A model generated the notes under the pieces. The model saw only the letters and a list, made by a program, of their open reading frames with translations. It was not told where the DNA came from and did not search any database. A DNA stretch of 64,000 nucleotides from Desulfurococcaceae archaeon (GTDB lineage Archaea > Thermoproteota > Thermoprotei_A > Sulfolobales > Desulfurococcaceae), in the NCBI GenBank assembly GCA_038888155.1, contig JAWAJB010000001.1, positions 256,001-320,000 on the forward strand, read 5' to 3'. Positions 10,516 through 19,710 of this stretch are shown in pieces. The position numbers and the translations under genes are program-made. Positions within the stretch are counted from its first letter, which is position 1, and each line of letters opens with the position of its first letter.

Positions 10516-11073
10516 ATGAGCAGCGATCCAATAACTGAGTGCAGCAAGAAAATATACATTGGGACATACGGAGCTGTCACTAAGGAGCTCGCAATATTAG
10601 AGAGCTCTACGAGGAAAGCTATTATTTACCAGCTGGCCGTTAATGGCCCTATGACAATCAAGGAGCTGTCAGATTCGCTGGGGCTCTCGCCATCCACTGT
10701 CTACGACCACATCAGGAAATTAAAGGAAGCTGGCTACATAGAGGAGGCGTCAGAGCACCCAAAGAAGTTCAAGGTCGAAGTTTACTACAGGCTCTCAATA
10801 CCGTATATGTTCTTCAGCGAGATAAGCTCGCTTGAGCCGCATTTATCGCCTCAACTTGAGAAGCTCAAAGGGGCAATCCGCAATACTCTCAGCAACATAG
10901 AGTCCACGCTAAAGGAGTCGCGCCTCAAGTGCGTTGAGTACTTACCCCAAAACTTAAAGGAGAGCTTCATTCACCGCCTATCTCTTGTTCTAATGACTCA
11001 GGCATTCGCCATGATACTGGGAGAGCTTACGGGCGAAACTTTCGTGTACGCGCTTATAGAGGATAGAAAATAA
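10516..11073 (+). CDS. ArsR/TrmB-like winged-HTH transcriptional regulator
   Basis: TRKAII..L...PMTIKELSDSLGLSPSTVYDHIRKLKEAGYI; divergent from the RiPP operon. Confidence 0.85.
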   Translation: MSSDPITECSKKIYIGTYGAVTKELAILESSTRKAIIYQLAVNGPMTIKELSDSLGLSPSTVYDHIRKLKEAGYIEEASEHPKKFKVEVYYRLSIPYMFFSEISSLEPHLSPQLEKLKGAIRNTLSNIESTLKESRLKCVEYLPQNLKESFIHRLSLVLMTQAFAMILGELTGETFVYALIEDRK

Positions 11074-11089
11074 AATAGCTCTAGCTGCT

Positions 11090-12145
11090 TCAAGCAATAT
11101 CTCTCTTCAAGGCCCAGCTCGCATCTCGCGGATTGAGCCTCTTGACGTTGCCCGCTACCAAGCCGTGAGCAATAAGCGGTAACGCTATTGTTGCGTCTAC
11201 GTGAACTGTTCTCTTCTTCGCTACTGGCGAAACCTTTCCCCAGCTGACAGCCTCCTCAAGTGTAGCTCCGCTCAACCCTCCCCACTGAGGCATATCTGTT
11301 GTGAACTGGACTATGTACTCGAAGCCCTTGTAGTAGTCTAGCTTGCCTTCCTCGATCTCGGCTATGAGCGTAAGGGCTACAGTCATTAAGTTGACGTAGT
11401 CCTTTGGTACCCCTCCGCCAACGTATATTGCAGAAATCTTACCGGCGCCCCTGCCGATTTCAACTAGTTGGTGGAAATCCTTAACCATGTCTAGCACTAT
11501 TCTCTTTTTCTTCTTGAGGCCAGTTACTAGGGCTATGCCGTAGGCGCTGTCCACTATCGCGGGAGAGAAAACTGGCACTCTTGCCCTATACGCTGCAGCA
11601 ACTATGCTGTCTATGTTCTTCTCGTTGAGGTACTTCCCAAACTCGTGCAGGAACTCAGCTGTAGAGTACACGGCGTTATCCGGTAGCGTCTCGATAAACT
11701 CCCTTATCAAGGACTCCATTTTCCTGTAGTCGAGCTCGCTTGCTACAGTGTCGTAGAATCTATCGTACTTGAGCTTGAGCAACATGGAGTCATCGACGCA
11801 GGGGTTTACCTTGTAGTACTTGAAGCCCATTGCCTCGAAAATGTCCTCGCTTATGATAGCGCCCGTTGACACTACAACGTCTACATACCTCTGCTCTACG
11901 AGCCACTTAATGACCTTCCAGACGCCCGCTGTGCTCATGGAGCCAGCTAAGCCCATGAAGATCGTGTTATCGGGATCCCTGAACATGTCCAATAAAACGC
12001 GGTAGGCTTCACCGAGCGACCTGCCCTGAAAGGAAATATCTGACATGTCTAGGAGCAACTCGTGTATGTTCCTCTCCTTAACGTCAATTGATTTAACTAA
12101 GCCGTATGCAAAATCAGGTATGGAGTCGTCCACTGACTTCACCAC
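11090..12145 (-). CDS. dys: deoxyhypusine synthase
   Basis: FQGRSLGEA, STGA, GGGVPKD, GGLSGATLEEAVSWGKV, DATIALP. Confidence 0.9.
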   Translation of the reverse strand: MVKSVDDSIPDFAYGLVKSIDVKERNIHELLLDMSDISFQGRSLGEAYRVLLDMFRDPDNTIFMGLAGSMSTAGVWKVIKWLVEQRYVDVVVSTGAIISEDIFEAMGFKYYKVNPCVDDSMLLKLKYDRFYDTVASELDYRKMESLIREFIETLPDNAVYSTAEFLHEFGKYLNEKNIDSIVAAAYRARVPVFSPAIVDSAYGIALVTGLKKKKRIVLDMVKDFHQLVEIGRGAGKISAIYVGGGVPKDYVNLMTVALTLIAEIEEGKLDYYKGFEYIVQFTTDMPQWGGLSGATLEEAVSWGKVSPVAKKRTVHVDATIALPLIAHGLVAGNVKRLNPRDASWALKRDIA

Positions 12146-12354
12146 AGGTTACTCTAATTTAACTTAGAATTTTAAATATTGCGTGAGGACACCTGCAACT
12201 AATTTGGCGATCGAGGTGTATGGCGCCTGCTTGGCGCAGTTGACTGCAGTCAATTATAAGTGGAAAACCAATAATATAGAGAGATACTTAAGTGTATAAA
12301 TGTGCTGTCGGCTGTAGTCAAATGAGCAGTTTATTGACGGGCGAGGATTGAACA

Positions 12355-13365
12355 ATGGGCTCAGGCAGTTCAGTTAAAGCTGTTGGAGAGGCCCTGCTTG
12401 TAGCTGGATACGGCGGACACGCTGGATACGCTTACGCGGTTGCCCACGAGCTGCGCAAAGCTGGCCTTACAGAGAGCGTTATACTTGTAGCTGAAAATTA
12501 CGGGTACCTCGTTGAGAAGTTCAAGGACTTAGGCAGAGTACACACTCTAGTGCTGCCGAGGAAGCCGGGAGAGCCGCTTTACGCGGGCCTAAGCAGGTGG
12601 GCAAAGGCTCTCTACCACTCAATTAAGTTGGCTGTAAAGTACCCAGTTAAAGTAGTCTTTGCGAGCGGCTCGAACTTCTCAATACCCCCCTCTATTGCCT
12701 CGAAGGCAGTGCGGGGGGCGAGCATATACACGCTAGAGGCAATAGAGCACTTCACAAAGCCCTCGCGATCAATAAAGGTTCTCGAAGGGGTAAAAGCCCG
12801 CGTTTTCCTGCACTGGGAGGAGCAACTTGAGATCTTCCCTAAGGGGGTAGTAGTTGGGCCTGTTTACGAGCCGCCCCTGTACACACCTTGCGACAGCGGC
12901 TACGTCTTAGTCACTACTGGCACGTTAGGGTTTAAGGAGCTGTTCAATTCCGTTGAAGAGCTAAAATTGGAGAAAGTTGTAGTGCAGACTGGCGACGTTG
13001 ACCCAGAACCATACATTAAGAGGAATCCCTCGTGGGTTGCTTTCAGGTACACAAGCGATATACACAAGTGGATAGCGGGAGCAAGCGTAGTTGTAGCGCA
13101 GCAGGGCTTGACGGCTTCAATAGCTACTCTAGCGTACGGCAAGCCCACTGTAATAGCCTGGAATCCAAGAGTAGTTCTAGGGGCTCCGAGGCTGGACGTT
13201 AAATTGTACGCAGAGAAAATAGGGGCGTTTTTCCTGGAAGAGCCTAGGCCAGATCAGCTGAGGAAGGCAATTGAACATGCTAGCAAACCGAGGAGAGAGT
13301 ACCCCAGTGGAGCGGCTGCAATTGCAGAGACAATGCTGAAATCCCTAGGCTCGATAAATAGGTGA
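12355..13365 (+). CDS. GT-B glycosyltransferase (GT28 / Alg14-Alg13-like)
   Basis: AGYGGH N-terminal motif, VLVTTGT, VVQTG. Confidence 0.75.
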   Translation: MGSGSSVKAVGEALLVAGYGGHAGYAYAVAHELRKAGLTESVILVAENYGYLVEKFKDLGRVHTLVLPRKPGEPLYAGLSRWAKALYHSIKLAVKYPVKVVFASGSNFSIPPSIASKAVRGASIYTLEAIEHFTKPSRSIKVLEGVKARVFLHWEEQLEIFPKGVVVGPVYEPPLYTPCDSGYVLVTTGTLGFKELFNSVEELKLEKVVVQTGDVDPEPYIKRNPSWVAFRYTSDIHKWIAGASVVVAQQGLTASIATLAYGKPTVIAWNPRVVLGAPRLDVKLYAEKIGAFFLEEPRPDQLRKAIEHASKPRREYPSGAAAIAETMLKSLGSINR

Positions 13366-13532
13366 AATAGAGCAGGGAATTAGGGCTTCCGAGAGCATAG
13401 TGTGGCGAGGAATTTAACTTCTTCTCCCCTGGAGAGAGCTGCTGTCGAGGTAGAAATAAAGGGGTGCTCCCCACAATGGTGAGGGAAAAAAGCTCGCTGT
13501 TGGGGGAATTCTTCTCCCTCTTCAACCAATTC

Positions 13533-14018
13533 TCACTTTCTCTCGGCGAGGTGCTCGTCGAGCTCTAGCAACCCAGCCGCGCTGTCCTTAACAAGCTCTA
13601 CTTTAGAGAGCAGGTCCATTGCCAGCTTTTCTTCTTCTACTTGCTCGTTTACAAACCAATGGAGAAATGCCTCTGTGGCTTTATCGCCGTGTTTTCTTGC
13701 TAAGTCAACTAAATCCCATATTCTCTGAGTGTTGGCTACCTCTGCGCTGTAGAAATCCTTGGCGGCCTCCAAGGTGCTTTTCCACTCCTTTTTCAACACT
13801 GGGACATCGTAGAGATCAACCCGCTGGCCTCTACTAACGATGTACTCGTAGATTTTGAGGGCATGCCCTATCTCTTCCTTGGCCTGCACCTTGAAGAAGT
13901 GCGAAAAGCCGCTTAGAGCTGTGCCGTCGAAGTATGCTGACATAGCGAAGTATAGGTACGCGTTCTGTAGCTCTTGATTTAACTGCTTGTTTAGTGCGCT
14001 CAGTAATTCGCTGTTCAA
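13533..14018 (-). CDS. ferritin
   Basis: LNKQLNQEL..AYLY, EEIGHA, FLHWFVNEQVEEE ferroxidase motifs. Confidence 0.93.
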   Translation of the reverse strand: MNSELLSALNKQLNQELQNAYLYFAMSAYFDGTALSGFSHFFKVQAKEEIGHALKIYEYIVSRGQRVDLYDVPVLKKEWKSTLEAAKDFYSAEVANTQRIWDLVDLARKHGDKATEAFLHWFVNEQVEEEKLAMDLLSKVELVKDSAAGLLELDEHLAERK

Positions 14019-14397
14019 GGGCGACCACCGACTGCAACTATGTAAAACTTAGGTAATTAACTTAACAAATCCCTCTGCAGGCTAGAGCACGTAGATTTGT
14101 GTGGGTTTGTTGGAGAGCTGAAAACTGCCTGCCCCGAGCGCCTGAAGGGCCTAGCTCAACGATGAATCTAAGGGCAAATGGCTAGGAAGAACGCACGGGC
14201 AAAAATGCACGTAATGGCCCACTGGCTTTGACCGCACTTGGTGGAAGGAGGCATATTTTCATTTGGGGGATAGCCGCTTGAGCCCGCCTGCCTAAGTCCC
14301 AATGGGGGGTGTTGATCTAGGTTGCTTAAATTAGAGAGATGGGAGAAACAGATATCGTTATTAAGGTGCTAAGCGAAAATCTCAACTCGGTGTTACA

Positions 14398-15606
14398 TTG
14401 AAGAATTTCACACCTGCGTTAATAATACTGGCGCTAGTTCTCCTCTCGCTGGGTGTAGCCCCAGCGCAGGCCTACAACAGCTCAACTGTCCGCGTTGTTA
14501 TAGGCATTAAGAACGAGCTGGACTACAACCAAGCGCTAAAGGCGCTCTCGGCCCTCGGTGCATTAAGCGCGGAGATCCCCGAGATAAGGGCAGTAGTGGC
14601 AGATGTTCCTGCTACGGCATTATATCATGTAGCTAAGTTGCCGTTCGTTAGATACGTTGAAGAGGATAAACCAGTTAAAGCCCTTGGAGAAGTTCAGTGG
14701 AATATTGAAGCAGTGAATGCAACTGATGTTTGGGGAGAGTACTATTTAATTTATGGGGACGCCGCACATGGAGCTGGCGTTCAAGTCGCTGTTGTAGACA
14801 CTGGCATTGACTACGCTCACAAAGACCTCCAGGGGTCTGTCGCGTACTGCATAGTTTCGCTGAGAAACAGCAAGACGTACTACAGGGGCACAAACCTGAA
14901 GAACTGCGCTGATCCCAACGGGCATGGAACGCACGTAGCTGGAATAATTGCCGCGAGGCTGAACAGCATTGGAGTTGTCGGCGTAGCTCCAAAGACTAGC
15001 TTGTACGCTGTTAGAGTTCTAGACGCATCTGGCTCGGGGTACGTGAGCGACGTGGCTAAGGGAATTGTAGAGGCCGCAAAGGGACCAGATAACGTGGTTG
15101 GCACAGAGGACGATGCAGATGTAATATCCATGTCGCTCGGTGGTCCAGCTTCACAAATTCTACAGGATGCAGTTAAGTACGCGTATGAAAGCGGGGCTGT
15201 TTTAGTGGCTGCTGCAGGAAACGAGGGAGCTCCCAACCCAAGCTACCCAGCCAACTACCCAGAGGTAATAGCTGTTGGCGCCGTAGACTCGAACTACACT
15301 CTAGCTTCTTGGAGCAACAGGTACCCCGACGTAGTTGCCCCAGGCGTAAAAATATACAGCACATACAAGAACGGAGGATATCGCTCCCTCAGCGGCACCT
15401 CTATGGCTTGCCCGCACGTGTCTGGGGCAGTAGCCCTCGTTCAGGCGCTGAGAGTAGCTGCTGGGCTATCTAAGTTGACGCCCGAGGACGTAAGCGAGCT
15501 AATTAAGAGCACGGCAATTGACTTAGGCGAAGAGGGCTACGATGAAATGTACGGTAGCGGGCTCATTGATGCATACGCGGCTGTTGCTGCATCGCTACAA
15601 AAGTGA
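14398..15606 (+). CDS. secreted subtilisin-family (S8) serine protease with propeptide
   Basis: Signal peptide (AQA), VVDTG, HGTHVAG, AAAGN, GTSMA catalytic motifs. Confidence 0.95.
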   Translation: MKNFTPALIILALVLLSLGVAPAQAYNSSTVRVVIGIKNELDYNQALKALSALGALSAEIPEIRAVVADVPATALYHVAKLPFVRYVEEDKPVKALGEVQWNIEAVNATDVWGEYYLIYGDAAHGAGVQVAVVDTGIDYAHKDLQGSVAYCIVSLRNSKTYYRGTNLKNCADPNGHGTHVAGIIAARLNSIGVVGVAPKTSLYAVRVLDASGSGYVSDVAKGIVEAAKGPDNVVGTEDDADVISMSLGGPASQILQDAVKYAYESGAVLVAAAGNEGAPNPSYPANYPEVIAVGAVDSNYTLASWSNRYPDVVAPGVKIYSTYKNGGYRSLSGTSMACPHVSGAVALVQALRVAAGLSKLTPEDVSELIKSTAIDLGEEGYDEMYGSGLIDAYAAVAASLQK

Positions 15607-15867
15607 AGGAGTTCACAGCGCTAAATGGGCTTCAGACTGAAAATTAAGACCTGGTTTTTACTCCCTTATTATCCCGCTTAGGGTCTCGCAACTTAATGGA
15701 GCTCTGTCCTGCGAGCCCCTGTAGACATTTTTGCGCTTTTGCGAGTTTTAAAGAAATGTTTAAATATTGTGTAGGCGCGTTTCCACAACTCTCTACAAAT
15801 AAATTAGGGGAAAAGTTTCGCTTAAGTCGCAGGCATAAATTGCCCCAGCAAGAATGCGGTGATTTGA

Positions 15868-16032
15868 GTGAGCGTATGCGATCAAGCGCACGCAATGGTT
15901 CTGCTGAGCTACGTGCAGAGGAGGATATCTAAGAACTGCAGGGATAGGGGAGTTGAGTGCGCCCTCGAGGAAATTGAAAAAATTAAGGCCTCAATCGAGG
16001 AAATACTCATAGAGGAGTTCCGGAACCTATGA
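15868..16032 (+). CDS. small helical hypothetical protein (54 aa)
   Basis: Hand-translated GTG..TGA with GGTGA SD at 15858; ...CALEEIEKIKASIEEILIEEFRNL. Confidence 0.45.
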   Translation: MSVCDQAHAMVLLSYVQRRISKNCRDRGVECALEEIEKIKASIEEILIEEFRNL

Positions 16033-16266
16033 GAAGCACGTGAGCAAGCACTCGCCCCTCTCTGTTTTTGCACACACTTTTTTAACAAAGGGAGCTTTAA
16101 CCGCCTTAACTTCCACAAGCCCTAGCTCCTCTAAGGCGCTTATGTAGTCGCTTATAGTGGCTACTCTTATTCTCAGCTTCTCGGCAATGTCGCTTATTGA
16201 GGACTCGCCGTCGCACGCCTTTAGCACTTCTAGCATTCTCTTAAACGCTTCAACGTTTCTCTGCAT
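16027..16266 (-). CDS. small winged-HTH regulator
   Basis: SISDIAEKLRIRVATISDYISALEELGLVEV. Confidence 0.8.
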   Translation of the reverse strand: MQRNVEAFKRMLEVLKACDGESSISDIAEKLRIRVATISDYISALEELGLVEVKAVKAPFVKKVCAKTERGECLLTCFS

Positions 16267-16328
16267 AAACGCTCCACCATTATTACATAAGTGCATATAT
16301 ATTAATACCATATTTTGACTATTTTATG

Positions 16329-16357
16329 ACTTTACGTATTAACGTAAAGTTTAAAAA
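16329..16357. promoter_or_regulatory. perfect 9-bp inverted repeat ACTTTACGT-ATTA-ACGTAAAGT abutting a TTTAAAAA TATA-like box
   Basis: Read directly; lies between the divergent wHTH and TFB-like genes. Confidence 0.6.
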
Positions 16358-16503
16358 CCGTGTTTATGACAATATATAAATGGTGTTGAATGTGGAGGAC
16401 AGGGCGGAAGGAGAGACCGGGACTCTAGGCGAGCCGGCAACGGTGCGCTCCCAGCAAGATCTGGCATCTCGAGGGGCAGGGAGACCTCCTCGAGGCGAGC
16501 GAA

Positions 16504-17046
16504 GTGAAGGAGCGCAAGCTAGTATATGATTACGCGGAGGGCTACGTCATAGACGCTGAAACTGGCGAAGTTGTTGAGAGGATTTACGACTGCTCTCCGC
16601 CCAAGATAGCGCGGGCGGGCGCACTTGAAAGAAGAGGTAAGAGGGCTAGGAAGCCAAAGGCGAAGTTGCGAAGGCTTGTAGAGCGGTACAGGGAGCTGGC
16701 AAACTACGAAGCGCGCGGATACTTAGTTGACTACGAGAAGGTGTTCAGCGAAAGGATGATAAAATCGCTGAAGCACGAGAGGAGCGCTAAGGCGGAGAGA
16801 TTCTTTGCCGAGAAAGGGCTACTGGACAAGCTCGCGAGTATAGTTGAGGAGCTCGACGCGAGGGGTTTAACGAGCGGGATGACGCTCCGAGGGAGGTTGG
16901 TATTAGCTTACGCGCTTTATTCGCTATCCCGCGGCGAAGTCCCAAAATACAGTGAGCTCGGGGCAGTGATATCGGAGTCTACTTTTAGGAGGATCAAGAG
17001 CAGAGTGGAGAAGCTACATGGGTCGTGGAGGGCAGGCACTAAGTAG
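16504..17046 (+). CDS. truncated TFB/TFIIB-like protein (degenerate Zn-ribbon plus partial cyclin-like region)
   Basis: LVYDYAEGYVIDAETGEVVERIYD resembles the crenarchaeal TFB ribbon; C-terminal GLTSG..RGRLVLAYALY..SESTFRR resembles a TFB cyclin repeat. Confidence 0.6.
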   Translation: MKERKLVYDYAEGYVIDAETGEVVERIYDCSPPKIARAGALERRGKRARKPKAKLRRLVERYRELANYEARGYLVDYEKVFSERMIKSLKHERSAKAERFFAEKGLLDKLASIVEELDARGLTSGMTLRGRLVLAYALYSLSRGEVPKYSELGAVISESTFRRIKSRVEKLHGSWRAGTK

Positions 17047-17200
17047 CCTTAATAATATTTTTCTCGTATCGCTTAACGCTAGATCTGTCAGTCCTAAAAT
17101 TTAGAAAAGCTGATGGAGAGACTTTTCCCGAGAAGCGCTGAAATAGCTATTCCTGGATCTATTGTGGAGACTAGCGCCCAAGTTAATAGGCGGAGCGCGC

Positions 17201-19282
17201 TCACTTAAGCCACTTATTCAGCGCGTTGTATAGGGATAGGGCGTGTGCCTCGGCTGCTTTTAGTTGCTCTTGAATGGGTAGCTCTAGCTTGTAGACATAT
17301 CTGTTGAAGCCAGCGTCAAGTACGAGGTAGAATGCACTGGAGAGCGGCGCTGAAACATCGTTCAACCCGGGCCTAACAACACAGCCCTTAGCGCCCTGAC
17401 CACTGTAGACTACTAACCTACCGAGCACTTTTGACTTGAACTTAATAACGGCGTTAGCTATGCCAACCGCTACTTTAAATCCCCACAGCGGGTTTGTCTC
17501 AGGGATTGAGGGCACAATGTATCTAGCTATGAAGCCTCCTTCGCGGTATTCGTGAAAGCCCGCACTGGTGTGGGCTAGAATGTAGTCCATAAGGCCCCTT
17601 ACGACTACGTCCTCTCTACGCCTATAGATGAAGCCTTTGTGCTTAAGCTCTACTTCTACGCGAGCGGGAGTAATGCAGTTTCTAACAGTAGACCCCAGCG
17701 CCGAGAGCTCTAACGCCCCGTTTCTGCAAATGAGGCGGGAAAGGGCTTTCTCAGCGCTAGTGTTTATCCTAATGAAGCTGTAGTCTCCCCCGTGCTCTAC
17801 GTTCACGCTTAGCGCGGGCTCGGGGATCTCTACAACCTCTACTTTTAGGGGGATAAGCTTCTTGGAGGTCCCAGCGACGGAGTCAACAGCAACTGGCTCA
17901 ATGCTCGCTGGCACTTCGCCCATGCAAATAGAGTTTTTGCCCGCTCTCACCTCTTTACCCTCAACCAGGACCTTAACTCTGCTTGGTGCTTTTACCTCTT
18001 TTACGTCTAGCTCTAGGAGGGATAGACCGCCGCACTCGTGCACCCCTGTGCTAGTGAATGCCTTGGCATAAGCATTTACTTCTACCTTCGATGCTGGGCT
18101 CTCAATGGACGCTCCAATCGAGCCCAGGATGTGACGAATTTCGACGTTAAAATAGCAGGGCTCTAAGACGCTAGCCTCTTCATTTACTATCTCTAGCGAG
18201 CTTCCCAGTTTAACGCGGCGAGTCGTGTTATATGTAACTAGGGCTGGGACCTCAGGAGCAACTCTAACTGCGTGTTGCTCTTTCGCGGAGTCGCTTGGGG
18301 AGTCTAAGTATATGAAGGAATGCACTGGCTCGATTACTCCGCACATGCCCATCGTGCAGCAGAATACCTTGCCCTCAGTGCTCCAGCACCGAGAAGCGCT
18401 ATCCTTCTGCGCATTAATCGCGGGCTTTAAGCTTACATCGTGGACGGATAGAGCTTCACCTGAGTCTACTACAATGAAGTCGCTCGCAGTGACTAAAGCT
18501 TTCGCGGGAAGGCTAACGTTTAATTCTACTAGCGCTCCTCCCTCGAGCCTGTGCAATTTGTTTTGTACCTTAAAGACGGGTAAAGACTGGTGGAATCCAG
18601 TGAACTCCGCGCTCGCATCCCTGAGTAGAATAGTGGGCCTTGGGATATCTGGCTCCATCCACACGAGCCAGCCACTGCTCCTAGCCAAGAGCACGCTGTT
18701 AACGAGCGCGACGGCCTCTAGGGGAAATCCCGCTTCGAAGATCCTATCCTCAGTGACTAGGACGGTCCTGCCGTTACTGAAGACAACGCTGTATGACCTA
18801 TATCCAACTGCAGCCTTTACTGGCCTGCCCTTAAACGCCCTCTCGAGCTGTTGCGCGCCGCTGTAAGATGATGTAGCTACGTGAGTCCAGGGCGGATCGT
18901 AGAGAGCGACAATCAAGGCTCCTGGTACCTGCGAGTAAACAGCTTCGCCGCCAAAGAGCTTTACTCCATCTCCGAATTCAACAGCGTAGCCTTTAGCAGT
19001 TTTCACGAGCGCTAGACCGTGCTCTTCGTGAGAGAAGCCCGCTAGGGCGCCGCAGAGGTGTTCATCCCTATTGATGTAGACTGCGCTCTCACAGCCTTCT
19101 GCTTTCTCTACCCACGCCGAGCCGTGGACTCCTGTAGCTGTGATCTTTGGGTGTAACGCTAACCCTTTTAGAACAACTGACTCCATGTCGTAGGGACTTA
19201 AAGTGGGCTCGTAATCTAATAGCGGTAGCTCTAAATGAGATTTCACGCTGTATGGTAGCCTGATCCTCACGCCTGAAGTCAC
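17201..19282 (-). CDS. large beta-rich hypothetical protein (693 aa), downstream of pilin and VirB3-like genes
   Basis: Long ORF, no signal peptide or TM seen, start abuts upstream stop. Confidence 0.75.
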   Translation of the reverse strand: MTSGVRIRLPYSVKSHLELPLLDYEPTLSPYDMESVVLKGLALHPKITATGVHGSAWVEKAEGCESAVYINRDEHLCGALAGFSHEEHGLALVKTAKGYAVEFGDGVKLFGGEAVYSQVPGALIVALYDPPWTHVATSSYSGAQQLERAFKGRPVKAAVGYRSYSVVFSNGRTVLVTEDRIFEAGFPLEAVALVNSVLLARSSGWLVWMEPDIPRPTILLRDASAEFTGFHQSLPVFKVQNKLHRLEGGALVELNVSLPAKALVTASDFIVVDSGEALSVHDVSLKPAINAQKDSASRCWSTEGKVFCCTMGMCGVIEPVHSFIYLDSPSDSAKEQHAVRVAPEVPALVTYNTTRRVKLGSSLEIVNEEASVLEPCYFNVEIRHILGSIGASIESPASKVEVNAYAKAFTSTGVHECGGLSLLELDVKEVKAPSRVKVLVEGKEVRAGKNSICMGEVPASIEPVAVDSVAGTSKKLIPLKVEVVEIPEPALSVNVEHGGDYSFIRINTSAEKALSRLICRNGALELSALGSTVRNCITPARVEVELKHKGFIYRRREDVVVRGLMDYILAHTSAGFHEYREGGFIARYIVPSIPETNPLWGFKVAVGIANAVIKFKSKVLGRLVVYSGQGAKGCVVRPGLNDVSAPLSSAFYLVLDAGFNRYVYKLELPIQEQLKAAEAHALSLYNALNKWLK

Positions 19283-19609
19283 CTACTCGTTTTCGCTCCT
19301 CCGCCTTGGTCGCACTAAGGCGCAGAATAGCGATAGGAGCAACGAAAGCGATTTTGCCTCAAAGCTCATTGAGCCGCGCGAGAAGAGCGATGACAGTATG
19401 CCCGTGATCCCAGCAGCACACCCAAGAGCTAGTGGAGCGGGCACTCCGCGCAGCCCGCCCCATAAGAGGATTATTGCAGGGAAAAAATACAGCAAGTGTT
19501 TGACTCGAAACAGACCGAAAACGCGCTCGTTTAAGATGCCAATATCCCCAATTGATATGAACTTACGCTGCCTACTCTCGAACTCAACCACGCCCTTCCC
19601 CGTTTTCAA
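19283..19609 (-). CDS. PrgI/VirB3-like small membrane protein
   Basis: ERVFGLFRVKHLLYF followed by two TM helices and a basic tail; near the VirB4-like gene. Confidence 0.55.
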   Translation of the reverse strand: MKTGKGVVEFESRQRKFISIGDIGILNERVFGLFRVKHLLYFFPAIILLWGGLRGVPAPLALGCAAGITGILSSLFSRGSMSFEAKSLSLLLSLFCALVRPRRRSENE

Positions 19610-19710
19610 ATGCGTAGCTTATAAGCAAGCGGGTAGTTGAACTCCCAATTGCGCTTAATTGGTCTACCCCCCTTACCTTTAAGATTTCATAGGCGAGAGA
19701 CCTCGAGTTG

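Noticed and set aside
14100-14300. Possible C/D-box sRNA (CTGA and CGATGA boxes)
   Set aside because: Boxes are in the wrong order and no guide complementarity could be established
18225-18866. Long antisense ORFs (e.g. 18225..18866, 38671..39153, 40113..40637)
   Set aside because: Shadow ORFs opposite well-supported genes, with no motifs
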